A DNA stretch of 63,414 nucleotides, the filler included. It is 9 parts of 9 records of this genome, joined end to end, with 100 filler letters (N's around TTAATTAATTAA, not from the genome) between each part and the next. Parts side by side here need not be neighbours in the genome. Positions count along the whole stretch, not along the records: positions 18,014 to 23,247 come from SRR7504441_144; positions 23,348 to 29,480 come from SRR7504441_145; positions 29,581 to 40,423 come from SRR7504441_147; 6 more parts are not named here. One strand, given 5' to 3'. The notes under the pieces are model-generated. The model worked only from the letters and a program-made list of their open reading frames with translations. It searched no databases and had not been told where the DNA came from. Below are positions 20,587 through 30,465 of the stretch, piece by piece. Within the stretch, counting starts at the first letter, position 1; every line of letters begins with the position of its first letter. The position numbers and the translations under genes were made by a program.

Positions 20587-23031
20587 ATGTCAACAGGAGG
20601 TTCTGCTCCCCTCTGGGTGTGTGGAGCGTGCCTGCTGATCTCCTGGCTGCTCCGGCGGCCGCGTCGAGCACCCGCAGCGCTGGACGCACCGCCAGGCCCC
20701 GAGCAGCCGCCTCATATCTTCATCTCTTACGGTACTGCACCCTTGCCTTCTCTGTGGCCAGCGCAGTGGGTGGCGCAGGCCGCGGAGTGGCGACCAGCTT
20801 GGCCAAGGCGCTGTTCGCGCAGCTGTCGGAGCGCGGCTTCGCCGTTTTCCTGGACACAGCATCTCGCGGCACCCCAGCTATACCCGCTGGGGCGTGCTTT
20901 CGGAGCGCCATATTCCGTGCAATCGAAGAGTGCCCTGCGCCCGGGTCTGGCTGGGGCAGACACGGCCAACCAGGTGCGTGGTGTTTGTGGCGGTGGTCAA
21001 TGAGCGGTTTCTCCAGTCGAGGTGCGGCCTGCTAGCAGCAATCGGCCCGATCAGCGGGCCAGCTTCTGCGCCGCTGAGCTCAAAGCGGCACAAGCGGCCA
21101 ACAAAGCGATCCTGCCGATCATGTTGGATGAATTTGAGCCGCCGTCGTCCCTCGCGCCGGCTGTGGCACGCGTGCAGTGGTCGCTGCCTACCTGCGCCCG
21201 CTAATGTGTATTAAACTCTTGACTGCGGCAGGTTGCGGTTCCCTTCGGACACCACAGGCCAGCAGTACAGAAGAGCCTTTGACAAGCTAGTTTGCAGCCT
21301 GGAGGGTCACCACGGTGCAACTGCTGTGCAGCCGCTGCAGATGATTGCTGGCTGTCAGCCGTACATCCGGAATCCACTTACTACTCCCAGACTAATATAT
21401 TTCCTGTATCCGAGCTGGCCCAGGCTACAGACAATTTCTCCGACAATGCGGTGACGAAATGGCAGCTGTTAGCCAGCAGGCATGCAGGTTGTTGGAAGCG
21501 GTTCGTTTGGAACAGTGTATCGTGGCATAGTGAGGGGTCGCGCCGTTGCTATCAAGGCAGCCATCAATCGTGAAAACACCAAATTATGTGTCCGTACCTG
21601 CAGGTTCTCCGGAGTAGTCCCGACCTGGATGCCCGAGAGAAGCAACGCCGGGCCTTTGAAAGGGAACTGCGAGCTCTGTCGAATGTGGCGCATCCTAATA
21701 TTGTGCCATTTCTTGGAGCCTCGGTGCGCCTGAAGCGGCGGTGGCAAGTGAGAGAGTTTACAGGTCGCATCGCCACAGTGTTTAGTGTTTGAACTGATGC
21801 ACAACGGCACTCTGAGAGAACAGTTGGATGGAACGCGAAACACGATGCCACACAACTGGGGCTGCAGGTGCTTTCAATCATGAATTGAAACTGGGCCTGC
21901 AAAGTCAGAGGTAACAGAAGGCAGGCTGAATGTTCTGGTCGAAGCCGCACGTGGGCTAGCTTTCTTGCACGCCAGGACGCCGCCGGTGATACATAGGTGA
22001 CCGGGCTTGTATTGCGCGTTAGACGCATTCAAACGAATACGTGCGTGCAGGGACTTCAATGCGCGTAATGTGCTGCTTGATAGTACAATGAGTGCGCGCG
22101 TGGGCGACTTTGGACTGGCACGCGCGGAGCTCAACGGGGACTCTGCAGAGTTTGGTGGATCATTTCTCTACTTGGATCCAGAGTATGTCGGATAATGGCA
22201 GTAGTAGCAGTGGCGCACGCAATCGCGTTTGTGCTGAGCTCCAGGTGACTGCAGGTATGTGATGAGCGGAGTGGTGGCTCCAACGATTGATGTCTGGTGC
22301 TTTGGATGGTTCGCGTTAGAGGTGACGCGGCCTGCAGCCAGCCACCGCTGACTGTGACGTTGGCCAGGTGCTAACCGGCAAGCCTGCTCTCGATCGCCAC
22401 GGGACACACCTTCGCATGGTCTGCCCTCCAAGTTCTACTTGCGTTAACACCGGGTATCGACAGCTGTTGGAGACAGCAGCGAAGTCGAGAGTGGCACGTC
22501 TTAAGCTGTGCGATAAGCGTTGCCTGGATGCCCCGCCGTGCATGTTTGAGCGGGTTCTTGATATCGGTGTGCCTCGAGCCACTCCGCTGCTCTGACAACG
22601 CTTTGTGTGGCAGCTGAGGAGTGTATGGCTGTACCCAGCAGTGCGCGCCCACAAATGGCACAGGAACCCGCAAATACAAGGCCATAGCACTCCTAATGCC
22701 ATTGCTGGGCAGGTGGCTCGCAAATTAGAGGCCAAGCAAGTATCTCATTCCGCGACCGAGTGGCGCTGCACGGTCTGTCTGCAGAGAAGTTTGCAAAGCT
22801 CTAGTAGCTGCTCTGGTCCCAACCAAGCTACACTCTAGTTGTGCTGACTGGCGTACAGTGTGCGGCAGGAGTCGCGATTCCCCAGAGGTTCCTCTTAAAT
22901 CAGGCGGAATGTGGTTCAATCAAGTCAAAATCGACATGGCCAATTTACCTTCACCACGACAGTCAAAGAAGCGTATTGAATCGACTCTCCTGGTATTGCT
23001 GGCCGTGTCTCTCGTTTATAGTTTGGCCTGA
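20587..23031 (+). CDS. Membrane-anchored TIR domain - RLK/Pelle-type kinase - RanBP2/NZF-type zinc finger fusion (~555 aa, 16 introns)
   Basis: Hand-spliced introns: 20732-20778, 20930-20973, 21022-21062, 21180-21231, 21306-21358, 21451-21487, 21557-21603 (GC), 21724-21763, 21868-21924, 21997-22050, 22183-22254, 22322-22367, 22419-22463, 22567-22613, 22664-22712 (GA), 22816-22858. Result is one open frame of 1671 nt: HIFISY..GFAVFLD..FLQSSFCAAEL..ILPIML; FPVSELAQATDNFS, GSGSFGTVYRG, VAIK, HRDFNARN, DFGLAR, YLDPEY; WRCTVC-x10-CSVC. Confidence 0.85.
22664..22712 (+). other. Putative GA-AG intron
   Basis: CAG|GAACCC...CCTAAT...GGGCAG|GTG removes an in-frame TAG and restores RPQMAQVARKLE. Confidence 0.6.
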
Positions 23032-23209
23032 ATAATAGCTGTCACAGGAGAGGCTCTCGGCTCCGTTATCGCGACCAGCAAGCAATGCCCTGAAAATAAC
23101 ACCTGGCAAAGCCGCTGTGAGCGCGCCTAAGATAAATATCTGCGACTTTGCACGCTTCACAATGGAAACCGAGAGTAATCGGTCGAATCAGTCGACAATT
23201 AGCTCCTCC

Positions 23210-23247
23210 GGGAAAGGAAAGGGCAAGGGCAAGGGCAAGGGCAAGGG
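23210..23247 (+). repeat. (GGCAAG)n hexamer repeat, possibly encoding poly-GK, at contig end
   Basis: Visible; in frame with ATG near 23162. Confidence 0.75.
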
Positions 23248-23347
23248 NNNNNNNNNNNNNNNNNNNNNNNNNNNNNNNNNNNNNNNNNNNNTTAATTAAT
23301 TAANNNNNNNNNNNNNNNNNNNNNNNNNNNNNNNNNNNNNNNNNNNN
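23248..23347. other. Artificial contig spacer
   Basis: N44-TTAATTAATTAA-N44. Confidence 0.98.
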
Positions 23348-23702
23348 GTACTTTAAGTTCTCATAGGACGCAATAAATACATTGATTGATTGATTGACTA
23401 GGTAGTAGGTACGCGTAGCTACGTAGTACATCCCGCATACCGTTCATGAAAAAAATCAGATGGATCGTAGCTAGCTAATGTTAACTATTTATAATGTTAC
23501 GGTAGCTACAATACGTCCAGGTAGCGTGTATGCCAAATGAACGAGGTACCAAGTACCAGCTGGCCGACGAACGGCACGACCCCAAGGGGGTTTGGAAGGT
23601 GGTGCGGAGGTAGTGCGGAGGCTGTCCGGCAGAGGGCAGTACAACTCATGATCAGTACTACAGCGCACCTCTGGAAAAAAAAAAAAAAAAAAAGGCACAG
23701 CG

Positions 23703-25498
23703 ATGGCGGGGAAGCCGATCGATTTGGCCGCCGTGAGCGCTGCGGCCAACGCTGCGATCGCGGCAGTGGCCAAGAAGCCGCCCGACGCCAGGAACTCCGG
23801 CCGCAAATCCAAATTCTCTGACGGTCCGCCCCACGCCCGGCCGCCGACCGAACTCGGGCAGCTCCTCCGCCCGCGGTGCCGGCCGCCGCGGCGATGGCGA
23901 TGGCGGGCAAAGCCGGGGTGGCGGCTGCGATGATGGCTGCGGGGATGGCGGGGATCCCGGTGGCCCCGGCCCGCAAGACCGGGCTCGCGGTGCTGATGGT
24001 CGTTCCCCCGCGCCGCCCGGTGCCGACCGGGCTGGCAGGCCGACGAGGAGAGGAAGGCAAAAGCCGCGGCCAGGAACGCCGAATACCTCCGGCGGAAGGA
24101 CGCCGGGGAGGCGATGGACGGACCCAGGTGTGCCGCCGCCTGACCGGTCCTGAATCGGCTCGGCAGCGTGGCCAAGCGGCAGCGGGCCAGCTTGCACCAA
24201 GGGCTGGGGGCCAAGGTCGGGGCCAGCCGCGGCTGGCCGGGAGCCTGCGGCAGGCTGGGCTGGGGGCGGAGGCCAAGAAGACAGCGGTGTACGTGCAGGG
24301 GCTCCCGCCCGATGTGGTGGCCGCGAGGGCGGGCAGTAGGCCGAGGGAGCTCAGGTGGAGCAAGTAGTTAGTCAATTCTTCTCAAAGGTAGGCCCGGTGA
24401 CCAAAGTCAAGCTGTACAAGGACGAGACCGGCGCGCCCAAGGCCAGCTGGCCCTCCCGCCACCTGCTCAGCCGGCCCGCAGGGGGACGCGTTGATAATGT
24501 ACAAGTTTCCCAACTCGGTCACAGCTGCAGTCAACGTGCTGAATGGGGCCGAGCTCAGGGCCGGGTGCAAGTGCGGCCGCCGGGCCGGGCGTGGCGCTGA
24601 GTGCGGACAGGCTGGAAGTGCAATTGGCTGACTTTAACAAAGGCGCCCTGCTGGTGTAGCGGAGACTAACTGGAGGGTGCAGGCGAGGCAGCACCACCAG
24701 CGCAGCAGCAGCCAGAGCAGCCAGAGCAGCAGCAGGAAGAGGAGGCGGAAGGTGGCGAGCTCGACGAGAACGGGATGCCGCGCGGGCTGCCCAGTCTGGA
24801 CGGTGCCGGCTCTGCCAGCTGTGGGTGCGAGCTGTCGCAGATGTGGATCCAGCGCTGATGAGTCCGAGAGCGAAGGTCGAGTATGAGATACTAGGTGCGA
24901 GCCGGCCCTGCCTGGCTGAGCCGCGGGGGAGGGATCCGGGACGGCCGGGAGGACTTTCACGTTGTGATAATCAAGAACATTTGGACTCCGAAAGAAGTGA
25001 CACAAGACCTTGAGTTAGGTGCGGCCCCAGAGAGCGCGGCTCGGTGAGAGCGGCCAGGGGGTGGGGACCCCGCCACATTCTTCGCTGAGCTTGAGACGGA
25101 GATGGTGGAGGAGTTCCACAAGCACGGACAGGTGCTCCGGCTGGCAGCGATGACGGAGGTGTGCGCCTCATCCTGCAGGCTCAGGCCGGTGCTCAGGTAG
25201 AGGAGGGTCCAATCGCAGTCCGATACCCGGACCCAATCGCCGCAGCCCGGTGCGTTGATGTGATGGACGGGCGCGGGTTTGCTGGTCGGACGCTCAAGGC
25301 GTTCTTTTATGATGGGTCCAAGCTGTATGGCGAGCTTGCCCCGTGGCAGCCGGTGGCAGTTGCCGGTTGTGTAGGGCTGACTAGAGATGGCAGAGAGATG
25401 TCAAGGAGTCAGTTGTGCAGGAGACGGTCAAGGACGCGCCTGACGAGGTCAAGGAAGAGCGGGTGAACGACTTCTTGGCGTATGTCAAAGGGTTATAG
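23703..25498 (+). CDS. HTATSF1: Tat-SF1/Cus2-like splicing factor (RRM + UHM), heavily spliced
   Basis: TAVYVQGLPPDV..KVKLYKDETGAPK|GDALIMY..SVTAAVNVLNG; VVIIKNIW..MVEEFHKHGQV..MDGRGFAGRTLKAFFYDG..EERVNDF; at least two GC-AG introns. Confidence 0.8.
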
Positions 25499-25775
25499 TA
25501 TCGAGTCCATGATCGAGTCCACGCACATTAGTTGGCACTCGAATGCCCGGCCAAACACAAACGCAGAGACAGGAGTCATGCCATAGAGGGGGATTAGAGA
25601 GGGATATAAGAGTAATATAATCTTGAGAACAAGAGGGAGATCTATTAGATGTGCTTTTGATTCAACGTATTCTCTAGCACGTAAGAATGTCACGCACCTT
25701 CAACTTTTGGGCCCGGCTGCACGCTGCCAACGAGGCTGCATCTGATCATCCGGAACATTCAACTTTTGAGCACTT

Positions 25776-26115
25776 GATGATGTGATTCGAGCTCCAGAGC
25801 AGCCAGGAACTCCACAGGCTCCTCATCAAAGGCCCCGTCCGGCAACAGCGCCTTCTTGAGTGCCATGCCCATGCGCATGCCCGATTCGCTACCGATTCGC
25901 CCCAGCTTTTTGTAAAAATTAAAGCACAAAAATGGAGGTCCCGGCCGAGTGAGTGTTCGGCAGCGGAGGTTGGGGCATGCGCGCTGCTGGCAGGGGACCT
26001 GAACAACGCCTTCCACTCGTTGAGCCGGGCTGCATTGCTCGCGCCCGACGACCCACACGCACACTCATCTGGCCCGCATGCAGCTTGGTCATTCCGCTCA
26101 CAAATAATTGATTGA
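25776..26115 (+). pseudogene. Possible TPR-like relic without a start codon
   Basis: Stop-free frame containing GACALLAGDLNNAFHSLSRAALLAPDDPHAH; no ATG. Confidence 0.25.
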
Positions 26116-26291
26116 CAACCGTTTTCATCCGCTGACTACGTGCACCAAGTAGGCCTAGATCTAAATCTAATTAGTACAGCTGTAGACTGATCTACACGTA
26201 GATCAGTATGATCTGACTCTAGATAGACTGATCAGTCAAGTCTACGGCCAGGCGGGCAAGCTGAAAGCGGCCGCCTGTGTGCCCCCACCGC

Positions 26292-27401
26292 ATGGCACGT
26301 TACGTGCAGCGGCGCACGCCTGACCGCGGCGATGGGCTATTCGCCGCCATGGGCTGCGCGGCGGGGACAGTGCTGCTCGAGGACAGTCCCGCCTGCTGGC
26401 TGCCGGATCGGTCGGGCCGCACTTGCGCGCAGTGCCTCGGATGCGGTGCGGTGCTAGGGCTCCCTGGAGAGCAGCTGGCTCAGTTAGCTGGGACCGGGGC
26501 GGCTCCGGACCTCCCGCTCGACCGGCCGACCACACAGCTGGGCGGAGGCGACGCTGCGCGCTGCGGGGCCGATTGCCCGCGCCCGGACTCCCCGATCCCC
26601 TGTCATTGGGTGGGGCCGGAGCACACGACGGTGATGCTGGCTGCCGGGTTGGCCAGTGCAGTGCCGGAGCTGCTGGGCAAGCTGCAGCGCTGCCAGTGGT
26701 CCACACTCGACCGCGAGCCGGCTGCACTCGCCGCTCATTCGTTGGCGGCAGCCCGGCAGCTGACCGGCTGCGCCGAATTGTCGGAGCACGCCTGGTCGGA
26801 GACCCTGGGGGCGGTGGCACTGAACGCTCTAGAATTCAAGCTGCCGCATCCGTTGGTCTACTACGCCATGCGCGTGCAGCAGGAGCCGGGCTTTCTGACC
26901 GGCGAGCAGATGGAGCTCTTTGGTCAGATGATCGAACAAATCAAACGGGTCTCTGACAACAAGCGCCCGCGGGAGAGCACTGACGACGAGTCGGATACGA
27001 GCAGCGACTCAGCAGACGAGCAGTTGGTCTTCCAGCTCGAGCTCGGATCCGGCGAGTGCCATTTCAGCAGCGACTTGTTCCCTGCGAGTTCAGGCACGGC
27101 TCTCTACCCTCTTGTGTCGAAACTCAATCATGCTTGCGATCCGAATTGCGAGGTGGTGCATGTGCGCGACGTGCTGGCCCGGGTGGTCGCGCTCCGGCCG
27201 ATCGAGCCTGGGGAGGAGCTGCTGATCAGCTACCTTGGGCCGCTCGGACTAGCCGACACGGCCGAGCGGCGAGAGAGACTGGAGGAGGTCCACCGGTTCA
27301 CGTGTAATTGCACTTTATGCGCGTCGGCTCAGCCGTGCGACGTAGGTAGTGGCGGGCCGGGGGAGAGTTCTAATGATTGTAGTTCTAGCTCTGGAAGTTG
27401 A
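26292..27401 (+). CDS. SMYD-like SET-domain lysine methyltransferase
   Basis: RGDGLFAA, SKLNHACDPNC, ALRPIEPGEELLISYL, post-SET FTCNCTLC. Confidence 0.88.
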   Translation: MARYVQRRTPDRGDGLFAAMGCAAGTVLLEDSPACWLPDRSGRTCAQCLGCGAVLGLPGEQLAQLAGTGAAPDLPLDRPTTQLGGGDAARCGADCPRPDSPIPCHWVGPEHTTVMLAAGLASAVPELLGKLQRCQWSTLDREPAALAAHSLAAARQLTGCAELSEHAWSETLGAVALNALEFKLPHPLVYYAMRVQQEPGFLTGEQMELFGQMIEQIKRVSDNKRPRESTDDESDTSSDSADEQLVFQLELGSGECHFSSDLFPASSGTALYPLVSKLNHACDPNCEVVHVRDVLARVVALRPIEPGEELLISYLGPLGLADTAERRERLEEVHRFTCNCTLCASAQPCDVGSGGPGESSNDCSSSSGS

Positions 27402-27838
27402 TACATGTACTCATATCAATCTTTACGAGTATTAATTAATAGAAAAGTAGAAACTGAAGATCTCTGCCGGCATGGATTCAATGGATCTGACAATCATGAT
27501 CAGTACTACTATGATTGTACTCGTACGCAATACGTACCATTCTGGCACGAACCCTTGTTCAAGCTTAAAAGGAGGTAAAAAGATGATATTAAACACAAAA
27601 GTTGAGTGACTTGTTTAGTCTTGAGTACTAGCTAAAGTATATAGCCAGCCTCAGGACTACGGTATTCTTGAACAGTCTTGAAAGCAAGCACAAATCAATC
27701 ACGTAGTGTGCCTACTCTCGTCCGTAATAATAATAAAGCCGGCTGATCTAGAACATATGCAGCCTTGAGCTCCCTACTACAGATGCGCAGAACCATTTGA
27801 GATGGTCCCGAATCATGGCACACGCCGCATCAGCGCGC

Positions 27839-28954
27839 TCACATCTCCTTCGCCTCACGCGTCTTGAGGCTGGTCTCCATCTCCTCCTCGCAGGATGCCA
27901 ACTGGCACTTGATAAGAGTGCTTCCGTGCGAGGCCTTCTCCGTCATCTTGCCCGGGCCTTGCCAAGCGTTGGGGTCAGACGATGCTCCGGTCTCGCGTGT
28001 AGCGCCATCCGCACCGGTGATCTGCACAAGGCTCAGCCGCAGCCTGCGCCAGGCACGCGCACCACGCCAGGTTGACTGTAGTAGACGCCGTTGCCATAAC
28101 CGTCCTGCTGGTTGTTGGTGTTCACCTTGAACCAAACGCACTTCCAAGGGTCGTCCGCGAACGGCTTGTCCGAAACAGGCTTGATTTGGATCTTTGTGAC
28201 CTCTCCGACGTCCTTGGCCTCGACAGCCTGCGCCCAGTCAGCGGGTGGCCGGCTATGCGCGCACGATATTCTCGACACGGCCGGCGCGGGCCTTCCATTT
28301 GGCTTTGGTCTCGTCGTAGCCTGTCGTCCCGGGCTTGCATGGGCACTCTGCAGCTGGGTCCCGTTGATTGCCTGCAGCTTGGTGAGCGCCCGGTCTAGGC
28401 CAACACCCACCAGTGATATCGTTGAAGCAGCCTTCGGGTTGCTTGGCCGCGCAAGAGTACCTGCCCCCTCCGCTCGGGGGCCGCCAGAGGGGGGGGGGGG
28501 CGGCACCCGGGATGGGTCCAGAACTCGATCCAATCGGTTGATCCGGCTTCGCCGGTGATCTGAATCTGGAACGTGGCCTTGGAGGCGCTGACCCCCGAAT
28601 GAGCGCTTGCGATCGACCAGGCCAGGGGGGCTAGCTTACACTTCCTCTTGCATTGTTTCGTCGTCCCTGGCCGCCTCAGTCATCCACGACAGCCGGTACG
28701 GGATGTCGTCGTCCCCTGGCCGACGTGAGCCCGTGCCCGGCCGCTGATCGACGCACCGGCCCGGCCTTGGAGGAAACTGATGGCTTGGGCGCGCGGCAGG
28801 TAGGACATGCCCTCGGGCGGCGGGATCTCGGCCTCGAGGTCAGTGAAGTCATTCATGTAGACGGCAGACGCCACCGCAAGCACCGCGAAGCCGACCTGCC
28901 CCCGCCCGTCAGCCCCAGGGATCTCAGGCCAGAGCTCACCAAGAGCTTGGCCAT
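27839..28954 (-). CDS. Secreted PLAT/LH2-like domain protein (spliced)
   Basis: Spliced signal peptide MAKLL|VGFAVLAVASA; ATFQIQITGEAGST...VEAKDVGEVTKIQIK...DPWKCVWFKV fits the PLAT pattern; seven introns. Confidence 0.6.
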
Positions 28955-29213
28955 CTTCCTCCTTTTTGATGGAGAAGAAGTCCAAACGGCTGCCTCGGAA
29001 TTTCGGCTATTTTTGATTTTATGCAGAGAGCTACGGAGCTACGTACAGCGCGCAGCTCTCGCAGCTCTATTTGTGCTCTAACTACAACTATCTCAAATGC
29101 ACTATGATTGTGCTACTGATCTATGCTACTGCATATCACTACGGCTATAGTGAGCCTTAGGGCCCCGACTTTGTATTAATATAATTATTTATGTTATTGC
29201 GTAATAATCACAG

Positions 29214-29480
29214 TCACCCAAACGGATTGCGATAAGTGGCTGACACTTTGGGAGAGCCTTGCTGCCCCGCAACTTGCACCTGCCGCGCCCGCTCTAGGCG
29301 GCCGGTCCAGGCCACCACCTTCCCGGGCGCGCGCGGGGCCGGCGGCTTGGCAGCCTCTGTCTTGGCATGATCCACCTCGACTTGCTTTTCCATCCGGGTC
29401 TCGCGCCGCTTCATCGCCTCGAACGCCTCCTCCGCCTGCGCCTGGTGCTGTTTCAGCTTCTCGATCTGGGCCCGCTGCGC
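29214..29480 (-). CDS. 3' fragment of a coiled-coil protein
   Basis: Open charged frame running from the contig end to a stop at 29214. Confidence 0.45.
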   Translation of the reverse strand, partial: AQRAQIEKLKQHQAQAEEAFEAMKRRETRMEKQVEVDHAKTEAAKPPAPRAPGKVVAWTGRLERARQVQVAGQQGSPKVSATYRNPFG

Positions 29481-29580
29481 NNNNNNNNNNNNNNNNNNNN
29501 NNNNNNNNNNNNNNNNNNNNNNNNTTAATTAATTAANNNNNNNNNNNNNNNNNNNNNNNNNNNNNNNNNNNNNNNNNNNN
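29481..29580. other. Artificial contig spacer
   Basis: N44-TTAATTAATTAA-N44. Confidence 0.98.
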
Positions 29581-30119
29581 AGAAAGCTTCGAGGCACATA
29601 GCTCGGCCGGGTGCTGCTCGCAGAGACTGACACTTGAAAGGTTTGATCCGGAGACGGTAAAGCCAAGGGAGCAGCAGTTTATTAAAGCTACTTACATCGA
29701 CAAAGCTGAGTACGCTGCTAGTACTGGTAGGGAGCGAGCCACCGGCAGAGAACTGGATTCAGCCATCAGCCGAGCAAGCGGGGCCTGCACGGCACTTTGG
29801 GCCTGGGTTAAGCGACAACACCAAGCTGTGTGTGGCTGCATGGGCGGCGAGGACGATGCCGCTTTAGAGGAGCTAGCTGATGTGGAGCTCTTGAAGAAGC
29901 TCCAAGCTAAGCTGGTGACGGCTAGGCAGCTTGCTATTTTGAGCTCGTGGGCAGGAGGGCGAGGAGCAAGGCTTATCGGATGCTATTGAACAGGCCGAGG
30001 ATGCGGTGAGGGGTGCGAGAAAGAGCCATTGTGTGATGCTTATGCAGGTGAGCGATGCGACTCAACGGAGCGTCCAAGCCCAACGAGCGATCCAGAGACA
30101 CAAAGAGCGCTATCTGTAG
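29581..30119 (+). CDS. 3' fragment with dynein microtubule-binding-domain-like segment and coiled coil
   Basis: LERFDPETVK..FIKATYIDK..AISRASGACTALWAWVK, then ...RHKERYL*. Confidence 0.5.
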
Positions 30120-30465
30120 TATATCTCTATTGTAGTTGCACCATCTAGCGTGTGCGTGTATCTATAGCTAGCGTAAATATACAAAATTAATGTACAGGCA
30201 GTTCATTGCGCGAATTGCGACTCTTTTGTAATGTATTCGTAAGTAATGATAAAAATTGTGAATCGAACAAGTTCTAGCTAGTACTAGCTCTAGAGCCTAG
30301 GTTTATTTCATTAAAATGAATTGCCCAATATATTGAATGAGCCTTGCGGGCTATTCAAAAATTATTTTTGCATGCCGAGTATGCTAGTCCGGATAAGTCC
30401 GGATCCGCTTACTTGTAGCTTTCTTATGTCTAAACAGTGAGAGCTCTCTCTTAAACTGACAAGTC

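Noticed and set aside
20587-23031. Interpretation as a frameshifted pseudogene or bacterial TIR defence locus
   Set aside because: Every break is bounded by splice sites and removal gives one intact frame; context is eukaryotic with no operon features.
23675-23693. Poly(A) run just upstream of the HTATSF1-like start, as a possible retroposon tail
   Set aside because: No target-site duplication or element body recognised; a simple homopolymer is sufficient.
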